A stretch of DNA of 64,000 nt from Prorocentrum cordatum (GCA_963575745.1 CAUYUJ010000098.1:1-64000), one strand, 5' to 3'. Positions 36,301-49,710 are shown, counted from the stretch's first letter. Made by a program: numbers and translations. The notes: generated from the letters alone by a model not told the origin.

Positions 36301-39300
36301 AAATTATCCCGGCAAAGCAACCTAACAGCGATGTGTAGGAGCATATCTGGAAGCATTCCCCTTAAGATTCGGATGAGAATCCAGTTGTAGAATTCTGCTG
36401 TTCTCGCAGTCGTAGTCGCATTCGCGATGACAGTCGCAGTGGCAACGCAGTCGCAGTCGCAGCCTCAGCCTCAGCCTGCCTCAGCCTCAGCCTCAGCCTG
36501 CCTCAGCATCAGCCTGCCTCAGCCTCAGCCTCAGCCTGCTTCAGCCTCAGCATCAGTCTGCCTCCGGCCCACTTCCCCCCCCCCTCGGCCTCACCTCAGC
36601 TCATCGCCTCAAGCCTGCATCAGCCTCAGCTCACCTCAGCCTGCCTCAGCATCAGCTGCCTCAGCCTCAGCTCAGCCTCACCTGCCTCTGCCTCAGCCTC
36701 AGCCTGCTTCACTCACCTCAGTCCTGCCGTCGCTCGCCCCACCTCAGCCTGTCCTCAAGCCTCAGCCTGCATCAGCCTCAGCTCACACAACGACCAGCTA
36801 AAGGACAAAGCGCTGAATGTTCACCGATGTGTTCGACGACTGCGTATGTAATGATGTGACGATATACAGACTGAGCCCTTCGTGAATGTCTACATGTTTT
36901 TCTGACGCCTACAAACGGCGCTGACGTGTGTGAGAAAATTGTCCGCGCAGCAAAAGCCGGCGAAGCGTGCGGGAGCTCGCATGCTGAGACAGACTACGTC
37001 AGCAGACAGCCAGCTGCAAAAGGTTGCGAGCGGCTCTTGGAAGATGTTTACGGAACGGAGCTACGGTGTCTGAAAACATTGGCATCGAAGCGAAGAGCCT
37101 CGGAGCCCTGCAGCCTGAGAAACACCGCAGGAACTCGCATACTGAAAAGGAATGCATTGCAAACCGCACGTTGCGAACCCTGCAGGCTGAGAAGCACCGC
37201 AGGATGTCGCATGCTGAAAAGCACTTGTACAGCAGAGCGCAGGCTGCGAAACCTGCAGGCTGAGAAGCACCGCAGGAACTCGCATGCTTTCGAACACTAC
37301 TGCTCGAGACCGCAGCTGGAGAGCGGCAGACCGCAGGCTGAGAAGCACCGCGGGCAGAGAGACTTGCAAAACTCAGATGTCCTGATCGTCTTGGAGGAAG
37401 TCACGCCATTCCGGCGGCTGCCAAGAATCGATGATGCGCCTGGAGCCACCGCCCGTGCTGCCGCCGATGTCCAGGTAGTCGCCATCGCCCCTGAACAGAC
37501 GGCCGTGCCCGCACGCCAGAATCGCTTGGTTGCGGATTTGAAGCAGCGCTCCGCTCACAAACATCTGCAACACGTCCTGCTGCCTGCGCGTGAAGTTCGG
37601 CTTTGCCTGGCCAGCCTGGGCAGACAGATATAGGGAAAGCCGCTCCCCCTCGTTGTAGCGCGCGATGGCCTCGGCCTTCTGGTGGTGCAGCCGGCGCCGC
37701 TGTTGCCGCAGAGCTTCCTCGGAAACTGCTGCATCACGGCCCTCACTGTGATCAGCTTGCAACGCTTGCGTTAACCAATCAACGTCGAAGCGCCCTGAGA
37801 AGGCCAGCACCTCCCAGATCTGTTTGGTACCGGCCACACGTTGCAAATGGCGATGCCACCGCTTACGCTTCTGGTCTTTCACAAACTTGGCGACGCAACC
37901 CAGACCTGCACCCTTGGCCTGGCCACCTTTTCCCGCGGGCTGAGAAGCACCGTGAGAACCTTTCTTACCGCCTGGCCCTTTGTTAGGACCCTGCGGAACC
38001 GCATGGCCCCCTTGTGGCGCAGACTTGCCTTTCGCTTTTCCCTTTTCGATATCCCGTTCCTGAAGCGCACGCTGCAGCCGCGACTGCTCGTACTGGTCGC
38101 GAGCTACTCTGACCAATTCCTGGCGCTCAGGCTCCGTGAGAACGTAGCGCATGTCGTCGATGTTCTTGCTCCGCAGAAAGTCATGTCGAAGCTTAAGAAC
38201 AGAGAGAATGGCTCGGCCAGTCTCCTCCTGAGACGCAAAGGCCGTGTCATATTCCGAGCCAGGCTGAGGAGCGCCAGCTGGATTAGTGTCCGCTGGCTCC
38301 GTGGACTTCCTCTTTTTGAAAAGCAAGAGACTGAGATGATGGAGGACTTTCGGATCGTACTCCTCGTCGAACCTGTCGTCCCAAAGCTGCCTCAGCTCCC
38401 TGTGCAAGTCGTTCGCGCGATTCTGAACGACATCCTCGACGTAGTCGGGATCACCCGGTGAAGTCGGTGAAAGCGGAGGAGTAGAACTCGGCGACCGATC
38501 CCAATGCACAGAAGACTCGGCGTCCGCCTGTACGCTGACGTCGGCGTCGGAGACGTTTTCGACGACAATCTTCCGCCTCTTGCTCTCCCCTGGCTGAATA
38601 GCACCAGGGAGAGTGAGCACAACCGCCACCGCATCGTGTGCGTCGTTGCGCATGCCACGATCCGTAAAAGACGCGCCAACGGCAATGGGGCAGAAACGGG
38701 CGACTGCTCCGCAGACCGCGACGTGGTCGCCTTTGAGGTCGGCCGGAGTGGCATGGACCTCCCATACCTTCTCGTCGTTCTGCTGGCGCTGGTAAGCCTC
38801 CCGCGCCTCCTGAAAAGTGAGGTTGTCGTCGCCGACTACAAGCAGAACGACTGCCTGGTTTAGATTCTCAAGAATCTTGGCCAGGCCGTCCAGGTGCAAG
38901 CGGAGATGGCGAACTGTCCGCTTTCGAGTCTGGATGGTCGGCGGTTTCTTGCCGCACACGATGTGCATGTTGGCGATCACCACGTGGAACTTGTCATGGC
39001 CTGGTTTGTTCACCTCAAATGTGAAATAACAGCATCAATCTCTCGGCCGCTAGGAGGCCTGTAAACTTTGCTGTAATCCAGAAACAGTTCCGCAGGCTGA
39101 GAAGCACCGCGGAACCCCCAGAGAGTCAAGTAGTTGTCGACCTCCGAGAAGCGAATGCCATCACCGAAAGGCTTACAGAGGATCTCTGTCACGTAGATCC
39201 CTGCTCGGCGAAAGCCTTCACGGAACGCACCGACCTCGCAGCCACAGACAATATCAGCATCAGCGGTCTCCACTATCGTGGCGCACAACCTTCCGAAGTT

Positions 39301-40235
39301 AGCGCAGTGAGTGGCCGCCTGCTTACCAGTCATCATGCCCTGCTCGAACCCGAAATTGAACGAGGCGACAGTGAAAGACGCAGGCTGCACAGCGCCAGAA
39401 CCAGGCGTCTGTCCACCTTCCTCCGCAGGCAGAGAAGCACCGCGAGGCGGCGCAGGCTGAGAAGCACCGCGAGGCGGCGACACTTCGGACGAGCCTCGCG
39501 GAGCAGAGGCTGCGGATGAACGTTGGACATGGGGGTACGGCCAGGGGAACGCCATTGCAATCAAAACTCAGTGGTCTGCAGTGAATGAATGCAGTGGCTC
39601 GATTGAATGCAGAGGACTGCAGTGTCACTAGCAAGTCCTGAACCAAACACAGCTGTGGCGGAAGGAGTATGAAGCGTCTGGCTATTCAAAATGTGGCCCG
39701 GGAATGGAGTTCTGGGAACTCGAAGACCAGGAAGTGGACTAGAGTTGACTCCGGGCATCCAAAATGTGGCCCGGGAATGGAGTTCTGGGAAATGGAAGAG
39801 CACGAAGTGGCTTACAGTTGGCTCCGGGCATCCAAAATGTGGCCCGGGAATGGAGTCCTGGGAAATGGAAGAGCACGAAGTGGCCTACAGTTGGCTCCGG
39901 GCATCCAAAATGTGGCCCGGGAATGGAGTTCTGGGAAATGGAAGAGCACGAAGTGGCCTACAGTTGGATCCGGCCCCCCAGAATGTGGCCCGGGAATGGC
40001 GTTCTGGGATGTCGAAGAGCACGAAGTGGCCTACAGTTGCATCCGGCCCCCCAGAATGTGGCCTGGGAATGGTGTTCTGGGAAGGCGAAGAGCACGAAGT
40101 GTGTGACTGTTGGTGAAAAACGAGCCCGGCTCACTGCCGCCCGGCAACTCCCAACACCTGCCCGGACCCCCCTGTGGAGTGATCTGCTGCTCTCTTTTGA
40201 TCCCACTAGAAACCTATCAGTCTTCGCTGTTAGAT
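36301..40235 (-). mobile_element. Family A copy 6 (about 3.9 kb, ORF-bearing)
   Basis: Junction GCTGTTAGGT|AAATTATCCC at 36300/36301; right end CGCTGTTAGAT at 40235. Confidence 0.85.
37373..39555 (-). CDS. EEP (APE/DNase I-like) domain protein with unknown C-terminal region, about 727 aa after repairing one homopolymer frameshift near 39017
   Basis: Ordered motifs TVASFNFG, DIVCGCEVG, VVIANMHI, LVVGDDN, KGDHVAV and NDAHDAVAV. The only lesion is CTCAAAT where the other three copies have CTCAAAAT. Confidence 0.75.
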
Positions 40236-43200
40236 AATCATTGGTTCTCCTTAGGTTTTTGAAGGTTTTTTGCGTTTTCTTCTTTTCGGCCTTCCGACGG
40301 CCCAAGAGGCCCCCAAGATCGCCCAAGAGGCCTCCAAGAAGGCCCTATGACGGCCCAAGGGCCCCCCAAGACAGCCCCAAGAGCGCCCCAAGACGGCCCA
40401 AGAGGCCTCCAAGACGCCCAACATGGCCTCCAAGACGGCCCTGAAGCGCCCCAAGAGGGCCCCAAGACGGCCCAGAGAGGCCCCCAAGACGACTCCAGAC
40501 GGCGTCAGACGGACCAGGAACGCCCTAAGACGGCCAAAGAGACCCCCAGGAAGCCCCCAAAGGCCCCAAAGAGGCCCAAGGAGGCCCCCAAGATGCCTCC
40601 AAGAGGCCTCGAAGAGGCCCCCAAGAAGCCCCCAACAGACCCCAAGGGTGCCCCAAGAGACTCCTAACAACCCTCATCCTCCTACTCTATTTCTTCCTCT
40701 TCCTCTTCCTGTTCATAATCATTCTCTCCCATGTTCCCCGAAAGCTTTCCAAACCGACTCGGGGAACTCATGGTCCGATAGCTTGGCCAAGCTCTAGTCC
40801 AACTTTCGGCCACATCGGCGTTTCCAAAAAGGCAGGGGGCGGCGGTGATTCGCCGTAGGCGTCTTCGATCCGCCGCCCCCTGTGGTCTTGCCACAGGGGT
40901 GCACGGCGTGCTGGATGTTCCAGGTTTTGGTTTTGGTTCTTTTTCTAAAAGAACTCCCCAGTGGGCTTCGGCCCGTCCCGCCGGCCACCCGCAAGTTTCC
41001 GAAAATCCATCTGTCAATGCCTTTGTTGCCCCAACTTGGCCCAAGATGGCCTCCAAGACGGCCAAGATGGCCAAAGATGGCCTCCAAGATGCTTCCAAGA
41101 CGGCCAAGATGGCCTCCAAGACGGGTAAGATGGCTCCAAGATGCACCCAAGACGGCCCAAGATGGCCTCAAGATGGTCTAAGACGGCAAAAGGGCCCCGC
41201 AAAGGCCTCCAAAGACGGACAAGGAGCCAGGCCAAGACCGCCCAAGATGCCTCAAAGGACCAGGCCCCCGAAAGCGCCCCAAGAGGCCCCCGACTGCAAA
41301 CAAGAAGGGCCCCCAAGAGACAGGCTCCACAGCAGTGCTCGGACGTCGCCACCTACGAACCCACCAAGATGGCCGAAGTTGGCTCGAAGCTGGCCCAAGA
41401 CGGCCCACGAGGCCCCCAAGAGGGCCTCCAAGACGCCCAAGATGGCCTCCAAGACGGCCCCGAAGCGCCCCAAGAGGGCCCCCAGTCGGCCCCGAAAGGC
41501 CCCCAAGACGGCTCCCGACGGCGTCGGACGTGCCAGGAACCCACCAAGATGGCCGAAGTTGGCTCGAAGCTGGCCCAAGACGGCCCACGAGGCCCCCAAG
41601 AGGGCCTCCAGGAAGGCCAGAAGAGGCCGAAAACCTTGATGTTCCTAAGGTTTTTGACGGATTTAGACATTTACTTCTTTTCGGCCTGCCGACGGCCCGA
41701 GGCGGCCCCAGAGCCCCCAAAGATCGCCCAAAGATCGCCCAAGAGGCCTCCAAGACGGCCAAGATGACCTTCAAGATGCCCACGTGTTCCCCGAAGGCTT
41801 TCCAAACCGATTCGGGGAACACATGGTCCGATGGCTTGGCAGGTCTGGCCTCAACGTTCGGCCACGTCGGCGCTTCCAAAAAGGCAGGGGGCGGCGGTGA
41901 TTCGCCGTAGGCGTCTTCGATCCGCCGCCCCCTGTCGCTTCAGCAAAGGGGTGCCCGGCGTGCTGAATCCTCTCGGTTTTGGTTTTGGTTCTTTTTCCAA
42001 AAGAACTCTCCAAGTGGGCTCCGGCGCGTCCCGCCGGGGCCGCGGAAGGCCCGGAAACGAGCTCAACGACCGCAAAAAATCCTCCAAGATGGCTCAAGAA
42101 ACGGCCGTTTCGCTCGGGACATCCTCGAAAAATCGCTAACATGGCCCAAGATGGCCTCCAAGTCCGCCCAAGATGGTCCAAGACGGCCTCCAAGACGGCC
42201 CAAGAGAGTCGAAGATGGTCCACGACGGCCCCAGAGGCCCCCCAGAGGCCTCCCAGACGGCCCAAGAGGCCTCCAAGAGGTCCTCCAGGAGGGCCCGAAG
42301 AGGCCAAAATCATTGATTTTCCTTAGGTGTTTGAAGGATTTTGGAAATTTGCTTCTTCTCGGCATTCCGACAGCTCAAGACGGCCCAAGAGACTCCCAAG
42401 ATCGCCCAAGAGGCCCCCAAGAGGGCCCCATGACGGCCCAAGTGGCCTCCAAGTTGGCCCCCAAAGGGCCCCAAGACGGCCCAAGAGGCCTCCAACACGC
42501 CCAAGACGGCCTCCAAGACGCCCAAGATGACCTCCAAGACGGCCCCGAAGCGCCCCAAGAGGGCCCCAAGTCGGCCCAGAGAGGCAACCCAAGACGGCTC
42601 CCGACGGCGTCAGACGTGCCAGAAACCCACCAAGATGGCCGAAGTTGGCTCGAAGCTGGCCCAAGACGGCCCAAGAGGCCCCCAAGAGGGCCTCCACGAA
42701 GGCCAGAAAAAGCCAAAAACCTTGATTTTCCTAAAATGTTCGACGGATTTAGACATTTCCTTCTTTTCGGCCTTCCGACGGCCCGAGACGGCCCAAGAGG
42801 CCTCACAGATCGCCGAAAGATCGCCCAAGAGGCCTCCAAGACGGCCAAGATGACCTTCAAGATGCCCACGTGTTCCCTCAAGGCTTTCCAAACCGATTCG
42901 GGGAACACATGGTCCGATGGCTTGGCAGGTCTGGCCTCAACGTTCGGCCACATAGGCGCTTCCAAAAAGGCAGGGGGCGGCGGTGATTCGCCGTAGGCGT
43001 CTTCGATCCGCCGCCCCCTTGTGATTTATCACAGGGGTGCCTGGCGTGCTGGATCCTATCGGTTTTGGTTTTGGTTCTTTTCCAAAAGAACTCCCCCTGG
43101 GGCTCCAGCGCGTCCCGCCGGCTACCCGGAAAAGCTCTCAAGGAGCTCAATTCCCCAATCTTTCGCTCAAGATGGCCCAAGATGGCCTCCAAGATGGCCA

Positions 43201-45736
43201 CGTTGGCCCAAGATGGCCTCCAAGATGGTCCAAGATGGCCTCCAAGACGGCCCAAGAGAGTCCAAGATACCTCCAAATTCGCCCAAGAAGCCTCCAAGAC
43301 GGCCCAAGACAACCCAAGAGGCCTCCAAGAGGTCCTCCAGGAGGGCCCGAAGAGGCCAAAATCATTGATGTTCCTTCGGGTTTTGACAGGTTCTGGCATT
43401 TGCTTCTTTTCGGCCTTCCGACGGCTCAAGACAGCCCAAGAGGCCCCCAAGATCGCCCCAAGATCGCCCACGAAGCCTCCAAGATGGCCCCATGACGTCC
43501 CAAAAAGCTCCGAAGATGGCCCCAAGAGGGCCCCAAGACGACCCAAGAGGCGTCCAAGGCGCCCAAGATGGCCTCGAAGACAGCCCTAACGACGAGGCCC
43601 CCAAGACGGCCCCAAGATGCCCACGAGGCCCCCATGACGGCCAAAGAGGCCCCCAAGACGGCCCCAAGAGGGCCCCAAGACGGGCCAAGAGGCCTCCAAG
43701 ACGCCCAATATGGCCTCCAAGACGGCCCCGAAGCGCCCCAGGAGGGCCCCAAGTCGGCCCAGAGAGGCAACCCAAGACGGCTCCCGACGGCGACAGACGT
43801 GCCAGGAACCCACCAAGATGGCCAAAGTTGGCTCGAAGCTGGCCCAAGACGGCCCAAGAGGCCTCCAAGAGGGCCTCCAGGAAGGCCAGAAAAAGGCCAA
43901 AAACACTCATCTTCATTAGGTTTTTGAAGGGTTTTGACATTTGCTTCTTTTCCGCCTTCCGACGGCCCGAGACGGCGCAAGAGCTCCCAAAGATACCCCA
44001 AAGATCGCCCAAGAGGCCTCCAAGATAGCCCCAGAACGGCCCAAGAGGCCCCCAAGACGGCCCCAAGAGGCCCCAAGACGGCCCAGGAGGCCTTTAAGAC
44101 GCCCAGGATGGCCTCTTGGGCCGCCCTGGAGCATTCCAAAAGGGCCCCAAGTCGACCCAGAGAGGCCCCCCAAACGGCTTCCGACGGCAAGACGGCCGAA
44201 GATGGCCCTAAGATGGCCCAAGACAACCCAAGAAGCCCCTAAGAGGGCCTCCAGGAAGGACCGGAAAAGCGAAAATCATTGATTTCCTATGAGTCTTTGA
44301 AGGATTGTGGCATTTGCTTTTTTTCTGCCTTCCGACGGCCCGAGACGGCCCAACTGCCCCCAAAGATCGCCCAAGAGGCCCTCAAGACGGCCCCAAGAGG
44401 CCCCCAAGACGGCCCAAGAGGCCTCCAAAGAGCCCTCCAAGGCGTCCTCCAAGAAGGCCCGAAAGGGTCAAAATGGCCTCCAGACGGCCAAGATGACCTT
44501 CAAGAAGCAAACGTGTTCCCCGAAGGCTTTCCAAACCGACTCGGGGAACACATGGTCCGATAGCTTGGCGGGTCTGGCTTCAACGTTCGGCCACATAGGC
44601 GCTTCCAAAAAGGCAGGGGGCGGCGGTGATTCGCCATAGGCGTCTTCGATCCGCCGCCCTCTGTTGGCGTGCCACAGGGGTGCCCGGCGTGCTAGACCCT
44701 TTCGGTTTTGGTTTGGTTCTTTTCCAAAGAACTCCCCCTGCGACTTCGGCCCGTCATGCTGGCCACCCGAAAGGGATCTCAATCCCGGAAAAATCCCCCA
44801 AGACGGCTCCAGATGGCCCCCAAGATGGTCATATTGGCACAAGATGGTCTCCAAGATGGTCCAAGATGGCCTCCAAGTCCGCCCAAGATGATCCAAGACG
44901 GCCTCCACGACGGCCTAAGATGGCCTCAATATTGCCCAAGACGGCCCAAGAGGCCCCCAAAGGGTCTCCAAGATGGCCCAAGAGGCCTCCAAGAGGTCAT
45001 CCGGGAGGACCCGAGGAGGCCAAAATCATTGACTTTCCTTTGGGTTTTGACAGGTTTTGGCATTTGCTTCGTTTCGGCCTTCCGACGGCTCAAGACGGCC
45101 CAAGAGGCCCCCAAGATCGCCCCAAGATCGCCCACGAGGCCTCCAAGAGAGCCCCATGACGGCCCCAGAGGCCCCCCAAAAGGCATCCAAAACGGCCAAG
45201 ATAGCCTCCAAGACGGCTAAAATGACCCCAAGATGCCTCCAAGACGGCCCAAGATGCATCCAAGACGGCCCAAGATGGCTTCAATATTGCCCAAGACGGC
45301 CCAAGAGCCCTCCAAGAGCTCTCCAAGACGGCCCAAGAGACCTCCAAGAGGTCCCCCAGGAGGACCCGAAGAGACCAACATCATTGCTTTTCCTTAGGTT
45401 GTTGAAGCATTTGGGCATGTGCGTTTTCTCGGCATCCCGACGGCTGAAGACGGCCCAAGATGTCTCAAAGATCGCCCCAAGATCGCCCACGAGGCCTCCA
45501 AGATGGCCCCATGACGGCCCCAGAGGCCCCCCATACAGCCCCAAGAGGCCCTTCAAGACGGCCAAGGTGGCCTCCAAGACGGCTGAGATTGCCCCAAGAT
45601 GCCTCCAAGACGGCCCAAGATGCATCGAAGACGGCCTAAGACGGACCAAGAGGCCCCCAAGAGGCGCCCAAGACGGCCCAAGACGCCTCCAAGAGGTCGT
45701 CCAGGAGGGCCCGAAGAAACCAAAATCATTGTTTTT

Positions 45737-47292
45737 CCCCACCATCCTGTGGTGTTGGGTCCTCGTTTTGAAGAGACGGTGCCCCGCGTTTCCTCTCCTT
45801 TCCTCTCCTCTCCTTCCTTCCTCCTCCTCCGCCTCCCCTCCCCCTCATTTCGGCGCACCCCTCACACGTTTCGTGGCCCCATAATAAGGAGCTCCACCGA
45901 GGGCCCCAGTGGCTGCGTTCGCATGGCGGCACCACGCCCATTTCGGCACACCCTTCACACGTTTCGTGGCCCCATAGGGAGCTCCACCGAGGGCCCCCGT
46001 GGCTGCGTTCGCATGGCGGCACCGCACCGATTTCGGCACACCCCTCACACGCTTCGTGGCCTCATAGGGAGCTCTACCGAAGGCCCCACTGGCTGCGTTC
46101 GCATGGCGGCACCGCGCCAATTTCGGCACACCTCTCACACGTTTGGTGGCACCGTAGGGAGCTCCACCGAGGGCCCCAGTGGCTGCGTTCGCATGGCGGC
46201 ACCGCACCCATTTCGGCACACCCCTCACACGCTTCGTGGCCCCATAGGGAGCTCCACCGAAGGCTCCAATGGCTGCGTTCGCATGGCGGCACCGCGCCCA
46301 TTTCGGCGCACCCCTCACCCGGCTCGTGGCCCCATGGGCTCCACCGAAGGCTCCAGTGGCTGCGTTCGCATGGCGGCACCGCGTCCATTTCGGCACACCC
46401 CTCACACGTTTCGTGGCCCCATGGGGAGCTCCACCGAGGGCCCCAGTGGCTGCGTTCGCATGGCGGCACCGCACACATTTCGGCACACCCCTCGCACGCT
46501 TCGTGGCCCCATAGGGAGCTCTACCGAAGGCCCCACTGGCTGCGTTCGCATGGCGGCACCGCGCCCATTTCGGCACACCCCTCACACGTTTCGTGGCCCC
46601 ATAGGGAGCTCCGTGGCTGCGTTCGCATGGCGGCACCGCGCCCATTTCGGCACACCCCTCACACGCTTCGTGGCCCCATAGGGAGCCCCACCGAGGGCTC
46701 CAATGGCTGCGTTCGCATGGCGGCACCGCGCCCATTTCGGCGCACCCCTCACCCGGCTCGTGGCCCCATAGGGAGCTCCACCGAGGGCCCCAGTGGCTGC
46801 GTTCGCATTGCGGCACCGCGCCAATTTCGGCACACCTCTCACACGTTTCGTGGCCTCATAAGGGGAGCTCCGCCGAGGGCTCCAATGGCTGTGTTCCCAT
46901 GGGGGCACCGCGCCCATTTCGGCACACCCCTCACACGCTTCGTGGCCCCATAAGGAGCTCCACCGAGGGCTCCAGTGGCTGCGTTCGCATGGCGGCACCA
47001 CGTCCATTTCGGCACACCCCTCACACGTTTCGTGGCCCCATAGGGAGCTCCACCGAGGGCCCCACTGGCTGCGTCCGCATGGCGGCACCGCGCCCATTTC
47101 GGCACACCCCTCACACGTTTCGTGGCCCCAGAAGGAGCTCCACCGAAGGCCCCAATGGCTGCGTTCGCATGGCGGCACCGCGCCGATTTCGGCACACCTC
47201 GCACACGTTTCGTGGCCCCATAGGGAGTTCCCTCTCATTCGCTCAACCTGCTTCGCGGTACTCGCAACTGCATGTGGTTGGGTCCATGACAG
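45737..47292 (+). mobile_element. Family E unit nested in family C, carrying a 90-bp tandem array (about 15 copies, 45847-47230)
   Basis: Starts TTTTT|CCCCACCATCCTGTGGTGTTGGGTCCTCGTTTTGAA; period of 90 at 45940, 46030 and 46120; ends GTGGTTGGG...AGATT, after which family-C sequence resumes. Confidence 0.65.
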
Positions 47293-47706
47293 ATTGCGGC
47301 ATTTGTTTCTTCTCGGCATTCCGACGGCTCAAGACGGCCCAAGAGGCCCCCAAGATCGCCCCAAGATCGCCCACGAGGCCTCCAAGATGGCCCCACGACG
47401 GCCCACAAAATTCCGAAGACGGCCCCAAGAGGGCCCCAAGACGACCCAAGAGGCGTCCACGGCGCCCAAAATGGCCTCGAAGCCAGCCCTGAAATGCCCC
47501 AAGAGGGCCCCAAGATGACCCAGACAGGCCCCCGTGACGGCTTCCGACGGCGCCAGACAAGCCAGGAACGCCCTAAGAGTGCCAAAGAGACCCCCAAGAC
47601 CAAAGGCTCCCAGCAGGCCCAAGGAGGCCCCGAAGAGGCCTCCAATAAGCCCCTTGCAAGCCCCCAGGAAGCCCCAGGAATGCCCCAAAAGGCGCCCAAG
47701 AGGCCT

Positions 47707-47748
<42 letters not shown>

Positions 47749-47974
47749 TTTCCCCAATCCTCCTGTGAGTTGGGTCCTCGTTTTGAATTCGCAGCGCCGC
47801 GCTCCACTCCTCCTCCCCCTTCTTTCCACGTCCTCCTCATCCTCTTTTCCCTTCTCCCCATCACCATGACCATCATCATCACCATTATCATCCCCACCAC
47901 CATCACCACCACCATCATCGCCATCACCATCACAATCGCCACCACCATCATCATTCTCGTTACCGTCTCGACGC

Positions 47975-49245
47975 ACCCCTCACACGCTTCGTGGCCCCAT
48001 AGGGAGCTCCACCGAAAGCTTCAGTGGCAGGGCCCGCATGTGTATTCGGGTCCAGTTTGGCACACCCCTCACACATTTCGTGGCCCCAGAGGGAGCTCCA
48101 CCGAAAACCCCACTTGCAAGGCCCGCATGCGTATTCGGGTTTACTCTGGCACACCCCTCACACGTTTCGTGGCTCCAGAGGGAGCCCCACCGAATGACCC
48201 AGTGGCAGGGCCCGCGTGCGTACTCGGGTCCACTTTGGCATTCCCCTCACACGTTTCGTGGCCCCATAGGGAGCTCCACCGAAGGTCCCAGTGGCAGGGC
48301 CCGCATGCGTATTCGGGTCAACTTTGGCACACCCTTCACACGCTTCGTGGCCCCATAGGGAGCTCCACCGAAGGCTTCAGTGGCAGGGCCCGCATGCGTA
48401 CTCGGGTCCAGTTTGGCACACCCCTCACACGCTTCGTGGCCCCATAGGGAGCGCCACCGAAAGTCTCAGTGCCAGGGCCCGCATGCGTACTCGGGTCCAC
48501 CTTGGCACACCCCTCACACGTGCCGTGGCCCCATAGGAAGCTCCACCGAAGGCCCCAATGGCAGGGCCCGCATGCGTATTCGGGTCAACTTTGGCACACC
48601 CTTCACACGCTTCGTGGCCCCAGAAGGGGCTCCACCGAAGGCTTCAGTGGCAGGGCCCGCATGCGTACTCGGGTCCAGTTTGGCACACCCCTCACACGCT
48701 TCGTGGCCCCATAGGGAGCTCCACCAAAGATCCCAGTGGCAGGGCCCGCATGCGTATTCGGGTCAACTTTGGCACACCCCTCACACGCTTCGCGGCCTCA
48801 TAGGGAGCTCCGCCGAAGGCCTCAGTGGCAGGGCCCGCATGCGTACTCGGGTCCAGTTTGGCGCACCCCTCACACGCTTCGTGGCCCCATAGGGAACCCC
48901 ACGGAAACTCTCAGTGCCAGGGCCCGCATGCGTACCCGGGTCCACCTTGGCACACCCCTCAGATGTGTAGTGGCCCCATAGGGAGCTCCACCGAAGGCCC
49001 CAGTGGCAGGGGCCCGCATGCGTATTCGGGTTTACTCTGGCACACCCCTCACACGTTTCGTGGCTCCAGAGGGAGCTCCACCGAATGCCCCAGTGGCAGG
49101 GCCCGCATGCGTACTCGGGTCCACTTTGGCACACCCCTCACACGTTTCGTGGCCCCAGGGGGAGCTCCACCGAAGGCCCCATTGGCAGGGCCCGCATGCG
49201 TACTCGGGTCCACTTTGGCGAACCCCTCACACGTTTTGTGGCTCC
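47975..49245 (+). repeat. 89-bp tandem array, about 14 copies, preceded by a family-E leader at about 47752
   Basis: Period of 89 (ORF starts at 48291, 48380, 48469, 48558); shares core TTCGTGGCCCCATAGGGAGCTCCACCGAAGG with the 90-bp array. Confidence 0.93.
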
Positions 49246-49295
49246 AATGGCAGCGCTCGCATTGTGACTCGTGTCCCTCCTTGCATGTCCCTTAC

Positions 49296-49582
49296 GAGCA
49301 TGGCGCAGGATCGCCCGCGCAGTCTAGCTCAGAAGTGAGGTCGCCCATCGGGCCCTCTGATCACTCCATGTTCATGACCACGATCATGATGCACGATTAC
49401 CGACGCGATTTGGCTCGGAGGTGAGGTTGCCCATCGGGCTCTCTGATCATTCCCGCTTCTTGACCAGCATGGCGCATGATCGCCGACGCCCTCTGGCTCA
49501 GAGGTGAGGTTGCCCATCGGGCCCTCTGATCACTCCCGATTCTTGGCCACGAGCATGGCACGGAATCACCGACGCGGTTCGC

Positions 49583-49636
<54 letters not shown>

Positions 49637-49643
49637 CGATGAC

Positions 49644-49698
<55 letters not shown>

Positions 49699-49710
49699 GG
49701 TGATGATGAT
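49296..49710 (+). repeat. Repeat of about 83 bp (about 3 copies) followed by (GAT)n
   Basis: GTGAGGTYGCCCATCGGGCYCTCTGATCA recurs at about 49335, 49420 and 49504; GAT run at 49583-49710. Confidence 0.85.

Noticed and set aside
40238..49430. Many overlapping Pro/Arg/Gly-rich ORFs
   Set aside because: Open frames arise from GC-rich CCAAGA repeats and from the 89- and 90-bp satellites; no protein-like complexity.
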